In this document: positions 12,801-24,747 of the stretch, one piece after another | How the letters are laid out: every line of letters begins with the position of its first letter | How positions within the stretch are numbered: the stretch's first letter is position 1 | Source: Sphaerodactylus townsendi | Lineage: Eukaryota | DNA length: 48,494 nt | Assembly: GCF_021028975.2 (NCBI RefSeq) | Contig: NC_059437.1 | Span: 37,401,507 to 37,450,000, forward strand | Reading direction: 5' to 3' | Translations under genes and position numbers: made by a program | Notes under the pieces: generated by a model | Seen by the model: only the letters and a program-made list of their open reading frames with translations | Database searches by the model: none | Told to the model about the DNA's origin: nothing

Positions 12801-15785
12801 CTAGATAACTGATTGGTTCATAACTAGATATGAGATAATTAACATAAGTGCAAATAATCCAGGCAGCATGTGCATATGAGTTACTTACACCTGATATGGT
12901 AAGACAAGAAGGTTAATCTCAACTCTTAGCCTCTATTTAAAAAAACAATATTTTTTCTATCTGTTTCAACTGACTGTCCAAGATGACAACGGCTCTTAGC
13001 AACAGAGTTCATTGACAGTGGAGAAGTCTGTGAACTCTTAATTTTCAAACTGAGCAAGGGAAGAGTCATGATATCACAGCTATGCTACACAGCCATACTA
13101 TTTTTATCTGGTGTTTGTAAGTTGATTGACTCCTATAATGATATAAAGAAAAGGCTGTTGGGTAGAGGCAACCAAGAGAAAAAAAAATCGACTTCTGGCT
13201 GGTGTTGGAGCAAAGGACACTGGAGGACCTGGAAGCAGAAGCTGCTTTGGCTTGTCTTCCCTTTCTCATGGAGCAGGCTCTCACACAGACCTTTTAAGGG
13301 AGGCATAAAATTGCAGTCATGGTGACCCTGTAGGGCAGTGGTTCTCAACCTTCTTAATGCCACAACCCTTTAATACAGTTCCTCATGTTGTGGTGACCCC
13401 CAACCCTAACATTTATCCATTTTACAGATGGAGAACACTGATGCAGAGAGTCTTAGGCGACCCCTGTGAAAGGGTCGTTTGACCCTCAAAGGGGTCACGA
13501 CCCACAGGTTGAGAACCACTGCTGTAGGGTTTTCAATCCAAGAGATGTTCAGAGGTGGGTTCCCATTGCTTGCTTTGGCGTTTCAACCCTGATATTCCTT
13601 GGTGGTTCCTCATCCAATTACTAACCGGGGCTGATCCTGCGTAGCTTCCAAGATCTGATGAGATCAAGCTAGCCCAGGCTATCCAAGTCAAGTCACAGAC
13701 CATATTACACATACCAATTGTACGTTTTTGGAGGAACCTGGCTGAATTCACAATCTGAAACTCTACACACAGCTAATCATCTGGAAGTGCTGTTTCCCTG
13801 CGACTTCACTGTAAAACTCTATTGTAATCATTGTAAAACACGTATTGCAGTGTTCTGTGAAATGTGTGCTCCTATAAAACTAAGTGTGTGAAAGGAAGGG
13901 CTTGCTTTATTAATTCTCATGCATTAAGTTTCCAACATGTGCAGTAGATGGCAGTTCCACCATTGCATGATTAAAAGCCACAGGACTGACTGTACACGCA
14001 CCAGCATTCCTGATTGCACAATTAATCCAAATCCCAATTGCCTCATGTGCCTCCAGTAGGATGGTTGCCTGGCGCATGACGTTTGCTTACTTGACATTTG
14101 CCAAAACCAAAACTCATTCTGCTTATCATGCTAAATGTGACTTAATTCTTACCGGTAATTGATGCATTTTGACAGACTTCTTAAAAATCCTAGATCTTTT
14201 CACAACTTTTCAGGTTTGCTCAAACAGATAGATGCAGGTGGAAGCCAGTTTGTTGTTGGAGTCAATATGAACGATGACATCTATTGCCTACCCAAATCTT
14301 CAACCATCACTGCTGATGGCAGCTCAGCATTGCCATGGATCCACATTGAAGGAAAACTCAAATACTATGTTTGTGGGCCTCGGGGTTGTTGGGGAGTTAA
14401 CTCAGCTGATGCCATCTATTATCGGCATGATGTTACCCCAGATTCCTGTGCTGGATCCAGGTGGCAGAATGTACCTGGCGCACTTTCCATGATTGAGGTT
14501 GGCACAGAAGGAAATGTGTATGGAGTAAACAGCGCTGGAAACATTTATCGCAGGTACCACTAAGAGGACTTTTGCCTGGAAGAGTCTCTCTCCTTTGAAA
14601 GCCTAGTGCCAATCGTGGGAGGCTGTAGCATGTCTTGAACCAGGATAACAAAACAACAAGATAACTTTTAAGGGATTTCAACTTGTTAGTAACCCAGCAC
14701 CTGTGATTCAAGTGGCATTTGAGTACAAGTCACTGAGTTTGGTTTCAATCTCAAACAGGACCATCTCAGAGTCAATCACCACATTATATACAAACAAGAT
14801 GTATTTTAAAATGAACAAAGCTTCCCGTGGCAGGAACCTGGAGAGGAGGTCCATCAGGGAGGGACGAGCCAGTATGGTATACTGGTTAGAAGCCAGGACT
14901 AGGTTTGAATTTCTATGCTGCCATGGAAATTCAGTAGATGACCTTGGCCCAGCTTAACCCAGCTGGGCCAGTAGATGACCTTGGCCTAGCCTAACTCACA
15001 GGATTGCTGTTGTGAGCCTGGCAGGGGAAGGGTGGTAAAAATATCTAAGAAAATAAATAGACAAGTAGAAAACAATGTTGTAATCCTCTCAGGATCATCA
15101 CTGGGGTATAATAAATAAGGCTGCTAGATCATTTTCCCACAGAGCATTTTTCCACCTAAAATATCAAATGAAGGGCAAAGAAATAACAATTTGATATATT
15201 TGTACCTGAATGTTCTTCAACACAGCAAAGGCAACTGGGAAGGAGGAGAGATTTTGAGCAGAAAAACAGCAATCAGGGGAAAGCTCCTCTTAAGCTCTTC
15301 TTCTTCCTCCAGTTATTTGCACTTTTTTTGTTTACAAATAAATCAATGGTGGAAAATTATCTGCAATTAAACGTAATGTGTGGTTTTGGAACACTGGAAC
15401 ACCTATCTTGAGGAGCCACTTCAAACCCTCAGCCATGTTTGGATCACTTTTGCATCAGATTTGTCTGATGGGGTGAAGCTTTGCCTGTCTAGCAATTTTT
15501 ATTTTCTCCTGGCTTCTGTACTTGTCTTTCACCAACAAGTAAGGTAACACTGAGTTAGGCCCACTCCTTAAATGAACCTCAAGAATGCTTATTTTCAAAC
15601 AGAGCTAAATGAACAGCTGTCCTATTACCTTTCCTTCCAGGGATGGAATCACCAAAGAAAATCCGATTGGAACTACTTGGACACAAATAGTCAAAAAACC
15701 TGGAACGGCCAAACACATTTCCTTTGACCTGGGCCAGCTATTTGTTATCACTACGAAAGACTCCATCTTCAGATACAAAGTGTGA
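9805..15785 (+). CDS. Fish-egg lectin-like protein, copy 2; signal-peptide exon disrupted (signal-less variant or young pseudogene)
   Basis: Exons 10679-10906, 14214-14553 and 15641-15785 are open and have the same lengths as in copy 1 (228/340/145 nt). The exon-1 homologue 9805-9854 reads MIRDHYVLLLLCGFT* (TAA at 9850). A second ATG at 9821 is in frame with exon 2 (248 aa). AATAAA at 15932. Confidence 0.85.
11424..11709 (-). mobile_element. tRNA-derived SINE, same family as 9234-9548
   Basis: Direct sequence similarity. Confidence 0.8.
13310..13690 (-). mobile_element. 5S-rRNA-derived SINE, interrupted by the SPIN-like MITE
   Basis: Minus-strand GATCTCATCAGATCTTGGAAGCTACGCAGG..GGTTAGTAATTGGATG resembles the 5S internal promoter region; a related copy lies at 46295-46495. 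Confidence 0.7.
13336..13521. mobile_element. SPIN/URR1-like non-autonomous hAT MITE
   Basis: TIR CAGTGGTTCTCAACCT; perfect 8-bp TSD CTGTAGGG (13328-13335 and 13522-13529); both ends match the recalled URR1/SPIN_NA consensus. Confidence 0.85.
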
Positions 15786-16619
15786 ACTGACCTTTACTGT
15801 CTAATTAATATGCTGAAGAATGTCAAGAAATTTAAAGTAGCAGCAAATTGATTCACCCCATATTTTCTCTCACACTTTTCTCTCTTTCTGTAAAAGTGTC
15901 CCCTTCACTGCTTTTTAAAGTGTCATTTTAAAATAAAATTAAATTCATCAGCTTGAGCCTTTGGTTATTCAAGTATATCTTCCTTCACTTTTGAAAAGAC
16001 ATTTCTTTTTAAGGAGCAAACCCTGGTTTGTTATCAAATGTACACCACTCATAAAAGGTTCATAAATGTTGTGGGAGACTTTTCGGCTGGCATGGATGAT
16101 GCTCCTTGGTCTCTCATGGATGGCCTTGGTCCCTCTCTGGAATGGTGAGATGAATAGAACCATTGACACGTAGAGCGCAGATGGCATAAATCCTGCTGTG
16201 AGGCTGACCGAACATGAGTCAGAGAACATTTTCAGGTGGAGGGGGTGATGGCAAAAAGGCATTTTTTTCTCTGCCACCATTGTGTCCTCAAGTAATTGTC
16301 CAGCAGAACATTTTCTGAATTGTGAATGGCCTTCTAAGATCAAGACCAAGGAGGCAAGGGCAGTTTCAATTAAATGAGGTCTGATGATATGGACAATTTG
16401 CTTGCTGGTGTCCAGCCAACAACATGTCTTTTAGATCCTTGCTCCTTTTGTCTTATAAAAGCTAGTCATCAGGATATGACAGAATGGATACGGGGGTAAT
16501 GATGCCTCCTTGAGAGAGGCAGTGGTTCCAATGGCTCTCAAGGGGGCGGTGATGTGCTCCCTTCTTACGAGCTCTTCTTTAGATCCTGAACATCTAAATA
16601 ACTATTGCCCAGTGGCTCT

Positions 16620-16950
16620 CAGTGGTGAGACAGGTAGTGACTAGAGACCAGGTATTTTCTGTGATGACGCCTTGCCTTTTGAACATCCTCCTTTTAAAAA
16701 CTTGTCTGGTGCCTACTTTACTTTCTTTTAGGTGCCAGGCTAAAACATACCTGTTTACACAGGTTTTTAATTATGGGTTTTATCTTATCAGCTTCTTAAT
16801 ATTCTGCTTCTGTTTTAAGGATAGTTTTTTTTTCCTGCTTATGTCTAATGGCTTGTTTTTTTAATGGCTTTTTTGTTATATGGTGGTTTTTAACTGTAAG
16901 TGTCCTTGAGCAGAACTCTAAAGATGCAGCATAAAAATATTCTAAAGAAA
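16620..16950 (+). mobile_element. L2-type LINE 3' fragment
   Basis: Degenerate ORF-end and T-rich 3'UTR pattern (TTTTCTGTGATGACGCC..TTTAGGTGCCAGGCTAAAACATACCTGTTT). Confidence 0.45.
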
Positions 16951-16993
16951 CAAAATAAAATGAGGCTGTACTTTTGGATAGGACGTTTTAGGG

Positions 16994-17129
16994 CAGTGAT
17001 GGGATTCAGCCGGTTCGCACCACTTTGACAGAACCGGTTGTTAAAATGGTGCTTGCAAACAACCAGTTGTTAAATTATTTTAATCCCACCACCAGAACCG
17101 GTTGTTAAATTATTTGACCCCCACCACTG
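16994..17129. mobile_element. Short non-autonomous hAT element
   Basis: Ends CAGTGATGGGATTCA / TGACCCCCACCACTG; TSD TTTTAGGG vs GTTTAGGG (7/8); internal repeats of ACC(G/A)GTTGTTAAA. Confidence 0.7.
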
Positions 17130-17797
17130 GTTTAGGGTCTTATCAGAACTCCTAGTGCGAGCTTTTATGAGGAGGAATGGCTATAGACTAAAAGTCATGG
17201 CATATGAAAACACGGCTGTTCTGATTCTTTAAAATCAATCAGTTGCTCCGGGACTGGGCAGCAACAACGATTTTGTAAGCTCATGTCTGCTATGCAGAAG
17301 CATAACACATCATGGCAACTAAAGGGGGGAAAAGGATATGAATGTGTCATTTTTTTCAGAAGTGACCCCTCGTTCAGACACTGCTTGAGCCAGAATTTCA
17401 GCGCACCCCCCCCCCCAAGTATCTTCTTCATGATCCAGTGATTTGTGGGCTGGGCTTTGATCTGCAACATCTCAGTCCCAGTTTTCCTTTGATGGTGGGC
17501 GCACTTTATACACCGAAGTCTAAGAGCCTCAATTAACCAGCTTCAGATTGGGAATAACAGCAGACTGCAGGACTAAGGAGACAAAGCCTTTTGAACATGG
17601 AACATTGCACCTAATTGATCCTGTTCAAGTTGCAAAAGAGCAGCTCATGTTGCCGGATTGCAAGGGCTGAGGCCCAACTTTATTTCCCACTTGGCTAAGG
17701 AGAAAAACCAACAAGAAGGCATGGAGGGAACTGCACATAATCAGCATTATTTACTCCATGTGAGATGAAGGCATAGCCGCCACCTCAACCGAAGTAC

Positions 17798-20700
17798 TTA
17801 TCGGTTCTTCAGGAGAGCCATCTGTAGTTGGAGGGAGTACTGCCCAGGATACATGAGTGTGGCTTGACGCATCGCTCGCTGGTCAATTTTCTCCAACATT
17901 CTCTGGTATCGACTATACTGCTGCTTCCATCGATTCATCTTGTTCCGTTGGTCATGCAAAAATCTCTTCTTCAAATGTTCATAGTGATTGCCTGTTTTTC
18001 TTTGGCTGTTGTCCAAGTCCTTTATCTAAAAAAAAAATCAGTCACAAAGGAAATAGTTACACTGAGAATCATATAAGGGGGAAAAAATGAAGCCAAAGGT
18101 CTGGAAAACACCAGAAAAGTACCAGATTAGATCATATAACCCATCTTGTCCAGAGTTATCTGTTGGCAAAATTGGAGGCAAAAAAACCAAGAAAACAACA
18201 ACCACACAAAGGCTATTGCAACAGTTACTATTAATAAGAGTCAACATCAGTAAGAACACAATAACAAAATAGCACACATCAAGCAGAGAGAACGTACACA
18301 ACAAAATGAATTGAGAAAGTACCGACACAATTCTACAACTCAGAAACCAGCTAAGTCCAAATGTGATGCAGTACAATATAGGTAAGTGTACTGAACGACA
18401 ACAAGTTTCTCCAGTGTGAATGAATTTTTCAAGCATAAATATTAGGAAAAAGTTCCAATGTAATCCTGCAACTGGAAAACCAGGTAAGTTCAAACATGAT
18501 GTAGTTCAATATAGGTAAGTTTTGCACCCACTAGAATGGAAAATACAGCATGGAATTCAAAGTGAGCCTTGAAGGATATCCTCCATTCACAGAGCCGGCC
18601 TGGGGTTGGAGGAGTGGTGGCGGGTTCAAATGCAAACCTTACCTTAATTTCTTGCACTCGTTGAACACTGATGTTATCGTGAATTATCACGTTAGTCAAA
18701 TGGCTCTTGGGTAAAAACTTCTGCAAAGCTGATTCATCACCCTCGAACAAGCTGAATGGGAGAAAGCAAGCTTGTTCAAATTATAGGTGCTCCCGGCCTC
18801 CCTCTACAACCAACAGTGCCCGTTTCCAGAACTACCAGGTCTTAGCAACATTAATCTCTGCAGTGGTTTCCACATAAAAACAGGCTTGTGTGAAGTCCCT
18901 GTTACTGGTGTGGCGGCCTACATAACACAGAGGCAATGGGGTTTTCCCCACATAAGAGGGTTCCCTGCTGTCCCTTTGCCCTAAACTGCCAACAGTGGGC
19001 ATCAATTCTGCCTCAGGACACTTGGGCATTTCCTTTTTTTAATTGATAATTTCATATTGTTACATCACTATGCAGTTGTAGCAATAGGTGTAGCAAGTTA
19101 TGTGAATTGCCAGCTTTCATTAGAAAAAAAAAACACAAGTTTCAACTCCCTTTCATTGCAGACAGGCCTTTTCCCTTATATCTCTGCAACAGAATGGGTA
19201 AGAGACAAACAAATACTTTCTAAAAATGAAAGCTGGGAATCCACTGAACCTGTTGCACATATTGTTGTGCTAGTACAGGGGTAGGGAACCTGCGGCTCGA
19301 GAGCCGCATGCGGCTCTTCTGCCCTTGCACTGTGGCTCCACAGTGCCACAGTGCCCTGCAGGAAGCAGGGCAGGCACACCAACTGCCCATGGTCGGCTGG
19401 GCCGCGCCGCGGGCTTCCCCTCTCACCGGCCCCATTGGAGCAGGGTGGGCACTTTCCCGGCGGCTGGCGAGGCCGAGCCACTGGCTTCATCCTTGCCCGC
19501 CCTGCAGGCAGCAGGGCAGGCACATCCATGCACTTCTCAGAATGAGCAGAGTAAAAGGTTAAAAAACCCCCTATATATATAGTGTTATCTTTATTTTAAA
19601 TGTCAAAAATTATTTGCGGCTCCAAGTGTTTTCTTTTCCCGTGGAAAACGGGTCCAAATGGCTCTTTGAGTGTTAAAGGTTCCCTTCCCCTGTGCTAGTA
19701 TATCAATATAATGATATGAAATTGCAGATTTTTTTTAAAAAAAGTGTGTGTTTGTGGGGGCGGGGGAGAGATGGCTATCACAGGGACAGGGTCAGGGCAA
19801 ATGGCTGCCATGTGGGTGGACAAATTCAAACTTTCCCAACCATGTGACAGCCTTTGTTGAGATCTTTCCTAGAACTTTGTAGCAAAGCAGGTTTGAGAAA
19901 GATTGTAGAAACGTCAGGAAACACCGGGAGGTGCGCTAACACACCTCAAATGCTGTGGGGAAGGAAGCAAAAAAGCCCACTTTGCAATAGCATTGACTCC
20001 AGGGCACATAACCCATGTGGGAATGGCCTGTGTCTAACTGACAGCTCCAGACATTTCAGATCTGTATTCAGGATGCATCAAAGGCAGGCAACTGGTTTAG
20101 AAGGCGTGAGGCAAAATTTCAAGAGATACTTTGCATTCTTCACAATCCAGACCTTAACACAGGAGTGTGCTTTAAAGAAACTGTTTCAGCTGTAACTTAA
20201 GAAATGAAGTGAAGGTGTTCCCCACATCTGACCACAACCCTTCAGCCAGCTTCCACTGTTTCAGCTGTAACTTAAGAAATGAAGTGAAGGTGTTCCCCAC
20301 ATCTGACCACAACCCTTCAGCCAGCTTCCACAGGGGAACAGGGGAGGTTCTTCCTTTCACCTACCTCCTGAAGACTGTTTCCTTGTTGGAGGTAACACAT
20401 AGTTCTATCCCCACTCCTGGATATCTTGTTTGGATCCCCTCACTTCACCTCCCAAATGCAACTACTTCTGAAAGTAGAGCAATGCCCTCTTAAAATACCA
20501 CCAGTACCCCTACCTATTTATGGTAGAACTTGGAGATTCCCTGAATTATAGCTGATCTCCAGACTATACAAATCAGGTCCCCTGGAGAAAATGGCAGTTC
20601 TGGAGGTCAGACTCTATGGCATACCATAATGTCTTGGAGAAAGAGAAGTTCTAGAGCAGGGGTCTGCAACCTGCGGCTCTCCAGATCTCCATGGACTACA

Positions 20701-21550
20701 ATTCCCATCACCCCTGACATGGCCAATTGGCCATGCTGGCAGGGGCTGATGGGATTTGTAGTCCATTAAGATCTGGAGAGCCGCAGGTTGCAGACCCCTG
20801 CTCTAGAGTAACACCCCAGCTGAGTTCTCTTCCTAAATTTCATCCTCATCAGGATCCAACCCCTAATCTCCAAGAACTGTGCAACGCAGACTTGGCGACC
20901 CTAATTTAAGGAGCTAAGGAAAGAAAATGATGCCCATGAAGAATGCCTTTTCCCCATTTTTGACTAATTACTTACCACCCTCTGTCCCTCTACCCTTTCC
21001 CCAGTTTCACACAGGGTTACATTAAGCAACTTTGGTCGTTGTTCAATCATATCCTATTCGCTTCTTTCCACAGCCCATATGACTTTCTTCCACATAGCCA
21101 GTGCCACAATTCCTAGCAGAGCCTTTTTTGTGATTTCTCCCATTTCCAGAAGAAAAGCTGGCTGCCTGGATCCAACCAATTAACAGAATGAAACTTCCAA
21201 TACTTTTTTAAAAAATCAGTGATGCTTTTTATGCGGTTAAAATTTTTTTATTGTTTCTTTAACCTTGTAAACTATCTCGCAGATATGTACATATTTTAAA
21301 AATAATCTTCCCCAACCTCTCTGTGGGTCAGTGAAAGTAATTCGACATGTGTTGAGTTACAAGTCAATAATAATAAAAAGTACGGGAGGGAATTTTACAC
21401 AAAGTTTGACATGTTTATAACCCAGATTTTGTTTTTCCCTGATAGGGCGCATCCATCCCCATCTTACCTGAAAAGCACCAGCTCCTGGGTCGAGTGGGGC
21501 GGGAAGAAAGTGACGACGGGGCGAGGGAGGTCGTCTTTGGCGCCCTCCAT
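17798..21550 (-). CDS. C5orf52: C5orf52 family protein, 139 aa, 3 coding exons
   Basis: Exons 21550-21468, 18751-18643 and 18025-17798 (420 nt, GT-AG, in phase; in-frame TGA just upstream of the ATG). Protein MEGAKDDLPRPVVTFFPPHSTQELVLFS-LFEGDESALQKFLPKSHLTNVIIHDNISVQRVQEIK-IKDLDNSQRKTGNHYEHLKKRF... matches recalled human C5orf52 motifs (VLFSL, LPKSHLSRVIIHDN, YEHLKKKF). Confidence 0.88.
19276..19692. mobile_element. Non-autonomous hAT (Charlie-like) element in C5orf52 intron 1
   Basis: 16-bp TIR CAGGGGTAGGGAACCT (one mismatch); perfect TSD TGCTAGTA. Confidence 0.85.
20180..20329. repeat. Perfect tandem duplication, 2 x 75 bp
   Basis: 20180-20254 is identical to 20255-20329. Confidence 0.92.
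20657..20800. mobile_element. Palindromic hAT MITE
   Basis: Whole-element hairpin, TIR CAGGGGTCTGCAACCTGCGGCTCTCCAGAT; TSD TTCTAGAG/CTCTAGAG. Confidence 0.88.
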
Positions 21551-21970
21551 AGCTCACCTTCCCCACCCAGCCCCGGGGCACCCCGTGTGCTGTGCCGTGC
21601 CGTGGCGAGCCGTGCCAGGCAGGGGAAAGGGTCACAATGGGATCCGGGATCCAGGGTTGCCCTGGAAACCGCCCCGGTGTTGGAAAGCCCTGGCTTTCTC
21701 TTGCTGCAGCTGGCGCCGCCGCGTGGAGAGGAGAGCAGGTCCAGAGCAGAAGCTGCGGGGCGGGTGGGGGTAAGGAAACTGTGCCCACCCCCACCCCAGG
21801 CGAAGAGGTGCTAAACCTGGGAGTGGGTGTGTGCGTGTGGGTGTGTGAGTGTGGCAAACAGACATTTTCCCCTCGCTTTTTTCTCTAGACGGAAATGACT
21901 TGGGTTGGGTAAGGAAGGGGGAAAGTATTGCCGAAGAGAGCGAAAAAGGACGCCGTCCCCACTCACAGGC
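21440..21970. promoter_or_regulatory. CpG island, probable bidirectional promoter for the C5orf52 homologue (-) and DUSP18 (+)
   Basis: GC- and CpG-dense stretch in otherwise CpG-poor DNA. It contains the C5orf52 first exon on - and a candidate + strand donor (GGG|GTAAGG, ~21770) for a DUSP18 5'UTR exon. Confidence 0.65.
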
Positions 21971-23239
21971 AGTCGATCACTTCTGACTATCAGCTATTTG
22001 AATTTTGAGATGACGGAAACAAAGGGCTTTTTTGCCTTTGGGCTTTGCTGTCACTTACCTGATCGCACTTGCAGTCCCTAAAATATGATCCCAGCAAGAC
22101 CTGCAGACCAGCCTGGCAGCCGCAAAATAGTTCTTGCTTGTGTGGCTTTGAAGGTCAGGGAAAGTAATATGTACAGAGAGCTACTGGCCATGATGAATGG
22201 AGCCTCCATCTGTACAGGCAGTGTACCAGATGTATTATATATGAGTATTCGAGTACTATACATGCTCACGCAGACCATCCAATTCTCACCATTCACGTGG
22301 TTAACTGGTTATGGACCTGGGACTCCACTGATCCCCTTCCTATCTACAAGGCAGCAGACTGTATCAAGACTACTAGGGATTTCTCTTCTTCATGCATTCA
22401 GGGATGGGGAATATAGGAATGATGGCTCCTCCTCCCCACCTTTTTTTTTTCAGAGCACTTCTTGTGAACTTCCAGGTTGTAGTCAAGTCCTGGAGGCATG
22501 CGGAGCTCTCAAGGAGACCCCCTCTAAAGGTACCATTTCTGCCTCAACCACTCCCTGCTGCTTCAGAGATAAGAGACTAGTGCAGGAACTTCCATGCAAG
22601 TGGGCTTGCCCCATTTCTTGCCTGTATTTTCCACACATCTGCAAAAGTCAGAACTGGTTGCCTTTTACGCGCCTCTTGTTACGGGAAAGCTCAGCTCAGC
22701 TATAACCCTAACCCAGTTGCCAAAATAGTGTTGGCATCTAGTAATCCTTTACTAGCCCTTCCTGATTTTAGAGACAGCAAGACCTGCACTTGCTCAAATG
22801 CCATCAAGAGCGATGGATGCTGTTTCAAGCAATCCTGGCAACAACATCATCTCTTACCTCCGGCACGAAATTTATACAGCAAATGTGCCAAAGTAAGTTC
22901 CCACAACTGGCACTTCCTGGGTAGTGCAACAGTGCTAATGCAATGAGTGATGGGAAAGAAATAATTTTGCAATGGAAAGAAGATTTCCCTAACCTTACGA
23001 TGGGGGGCTAATTATGGGGGATTTGTTTGCGATATTTCCAAGCCTTGTTTCTTTCTTCTCTCTTTTAAGCATTTCTGTAAGACCAGCATGTCTATGATGT
23101 CCAAGCAAAAAGCTTCCTGACTCACTCAGTATCTGAAAGCTACAGTAGAAGCCTGCACTATTTGGCCAGCAGGTACACAGAGGACAGCAGCTTAGAGGTT
23201 GGCCGTAGAAATATTGTGTGGCAGCCAAGCTGGAGAGGG

Positions 23240-23520
23240 ATTTATGTAATGATTGTATTGTATTTTGTACTGTATATTTAATTTATATACCGCCCTCCCC
23301 TGAAAGGCTCAGGGCGGTGCAAGACAATATAATAACACCAGTACTCATAACACCATTTAACAAACATCAACAAACATAGCATCAATAAACATAAAGTCAA
23401 TAACATAACGTCATAAACATAACACTGTAAACAACAATAACATAGCATTATAAAACATAGCATTATGAGCAACAATAAATATAACATTATAAATAACAAA
23501 CATCAGTAGCAACGTATAAG
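23240..23520. repeat. LINE/SINE tail plus low-complexity (AAC/ATA)-rich tract
   Basis: TTGTA repeats, ATTTATATACCGCCCTCCCC..GGCTCAGGGCGG, then a degenerate A/C-rich simple repeat. Confidence 0.6.
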
Positions 23521-24747
23521 AAAGACGATGATGAAGGGGTTGGCGCCCCTTTTCTAGCAATAAAGGCTGGAGATTTTGGAATACTCCAAATGAGGCTTCA
23601 CCCCACCCTTTTGTTTTCAGTCCCTGTTAAAATAGTCCCTGGCGTGGAGTTCATCCTTTTTCACGGGTGCCTCACTGCTGCATGTTGACATTTTCATCCA
23701 GTTGTCCTCTCTGACCCCAAGATTTTTTTCCCCGTCGGCCTCATCAGCACCTGGACAGATCCTCCCGCAGCTCTTTGCTACCCAGTCTGGATTTCATCAG
23801 CCTCAATCATTTGGTATCATCTACAAATGTGGCTGCTGCTATGAGATGGTTCCTGAATCAATCAAATAGGCTTCTCTGGGACCCCCTGGGACCCCCTTGC
23901 CCCCCACTCCACTGCAAGAACTATCCCTTGACTATACTTCCCATTCATTATCAGTTTATTTAATTTGCAGACTGTACTGCCATCCCTTGAGAAGCCACGG
24001 AGCTGTCCCTTGAGTCATCTGGAATGCAGGAGAAAGAATCTGCAGACCGGGCAGCTGATGTTATTGATGTTTTATTTTCAACTATTGTGTCTAGTGATAA
24101 GTGTTGGCAATAGCCTTGCTGGATCAGACAAAGTGGCTATCTAGTCTAGTCTAGCTTCCTGTTTCTCACAAAGTAGCCATTCAGATGGCCCCAGAAGGCT
24201 TACAAGCAGGATATGGAGGTCAGAGCCCTCTCCTGTTATTGCCTCCAACATCTGGTATTTAGAGGTACTCTGCTTCTGAAGATGGGTAGCCTGCATTCTG
24301 ATTTCACGGGCTGAGAAAAAAGGTATCTCTACGCACTAACTCAAAACCAGGTATAATTGGATAAATAATGGCAGTGGGAATAAGTTGTCTAGGACAACTT
24401 ATCAGTCAACACTGATTGACAATTCTAAAAATAGATCTAAAACTGGAAGTTTCAATGCATTTTGCATTGATGGGGAGATTTGTTTCTTTGCAAATAATCC
24501 AGTTTGGAACAGAATTTGAATAATTTTAATATTAATTTTTTTAAACCCCTGAAAGCTCTTGAAATTGATCCAATTGAAGAGAATTTGTACTAGAGAATAC
24601 CTAGATTCATTCATTACCACCTTAGAGACAGGATTTTCAAGGTATGAGCACTTGAGAGGAAAAGCTCCTTTCAACAGAGCACTATCTGAAGAAATTGAAG
24701 GAAGTTCTGAGATATTCGTAATGAAGCAAGAAAGAAATCCTAAGTTA

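Noticed and set aside
13590-13680. 5S rRNA-like sequence (also at 46400-46460)
   Set aside because: Partial, diverged and fused to a SINE body; not a 5S gene.
19176-19582. Cluster of ORFs on both strands
   Set aside because: They fall inside a GC-rich non-autonomous hAT element and show no transposase similarity.
20180-20329. Direct repeats as a possible CRISPR-like array
   Set aside because: Two abutting units with no spacers, in a vertebrate genome.
21357-21888. Several overlapping ORFs in the CpG island
   Set aside because: Explained by stop-poor GC-rich sequence; the real coding piece is the 83-nt C5orf52 exon in a frame not listed in the track.
22085-22705. 206-aa ORF on +
   Set aside because: No recognisable homology or motif; it lies in the presumed DUSP18 5' intron and is probably a chance ORF.
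23278-23499. Hydrophobic 73-aa ORF
   Set aside because: Translation of a low-complexity tract.
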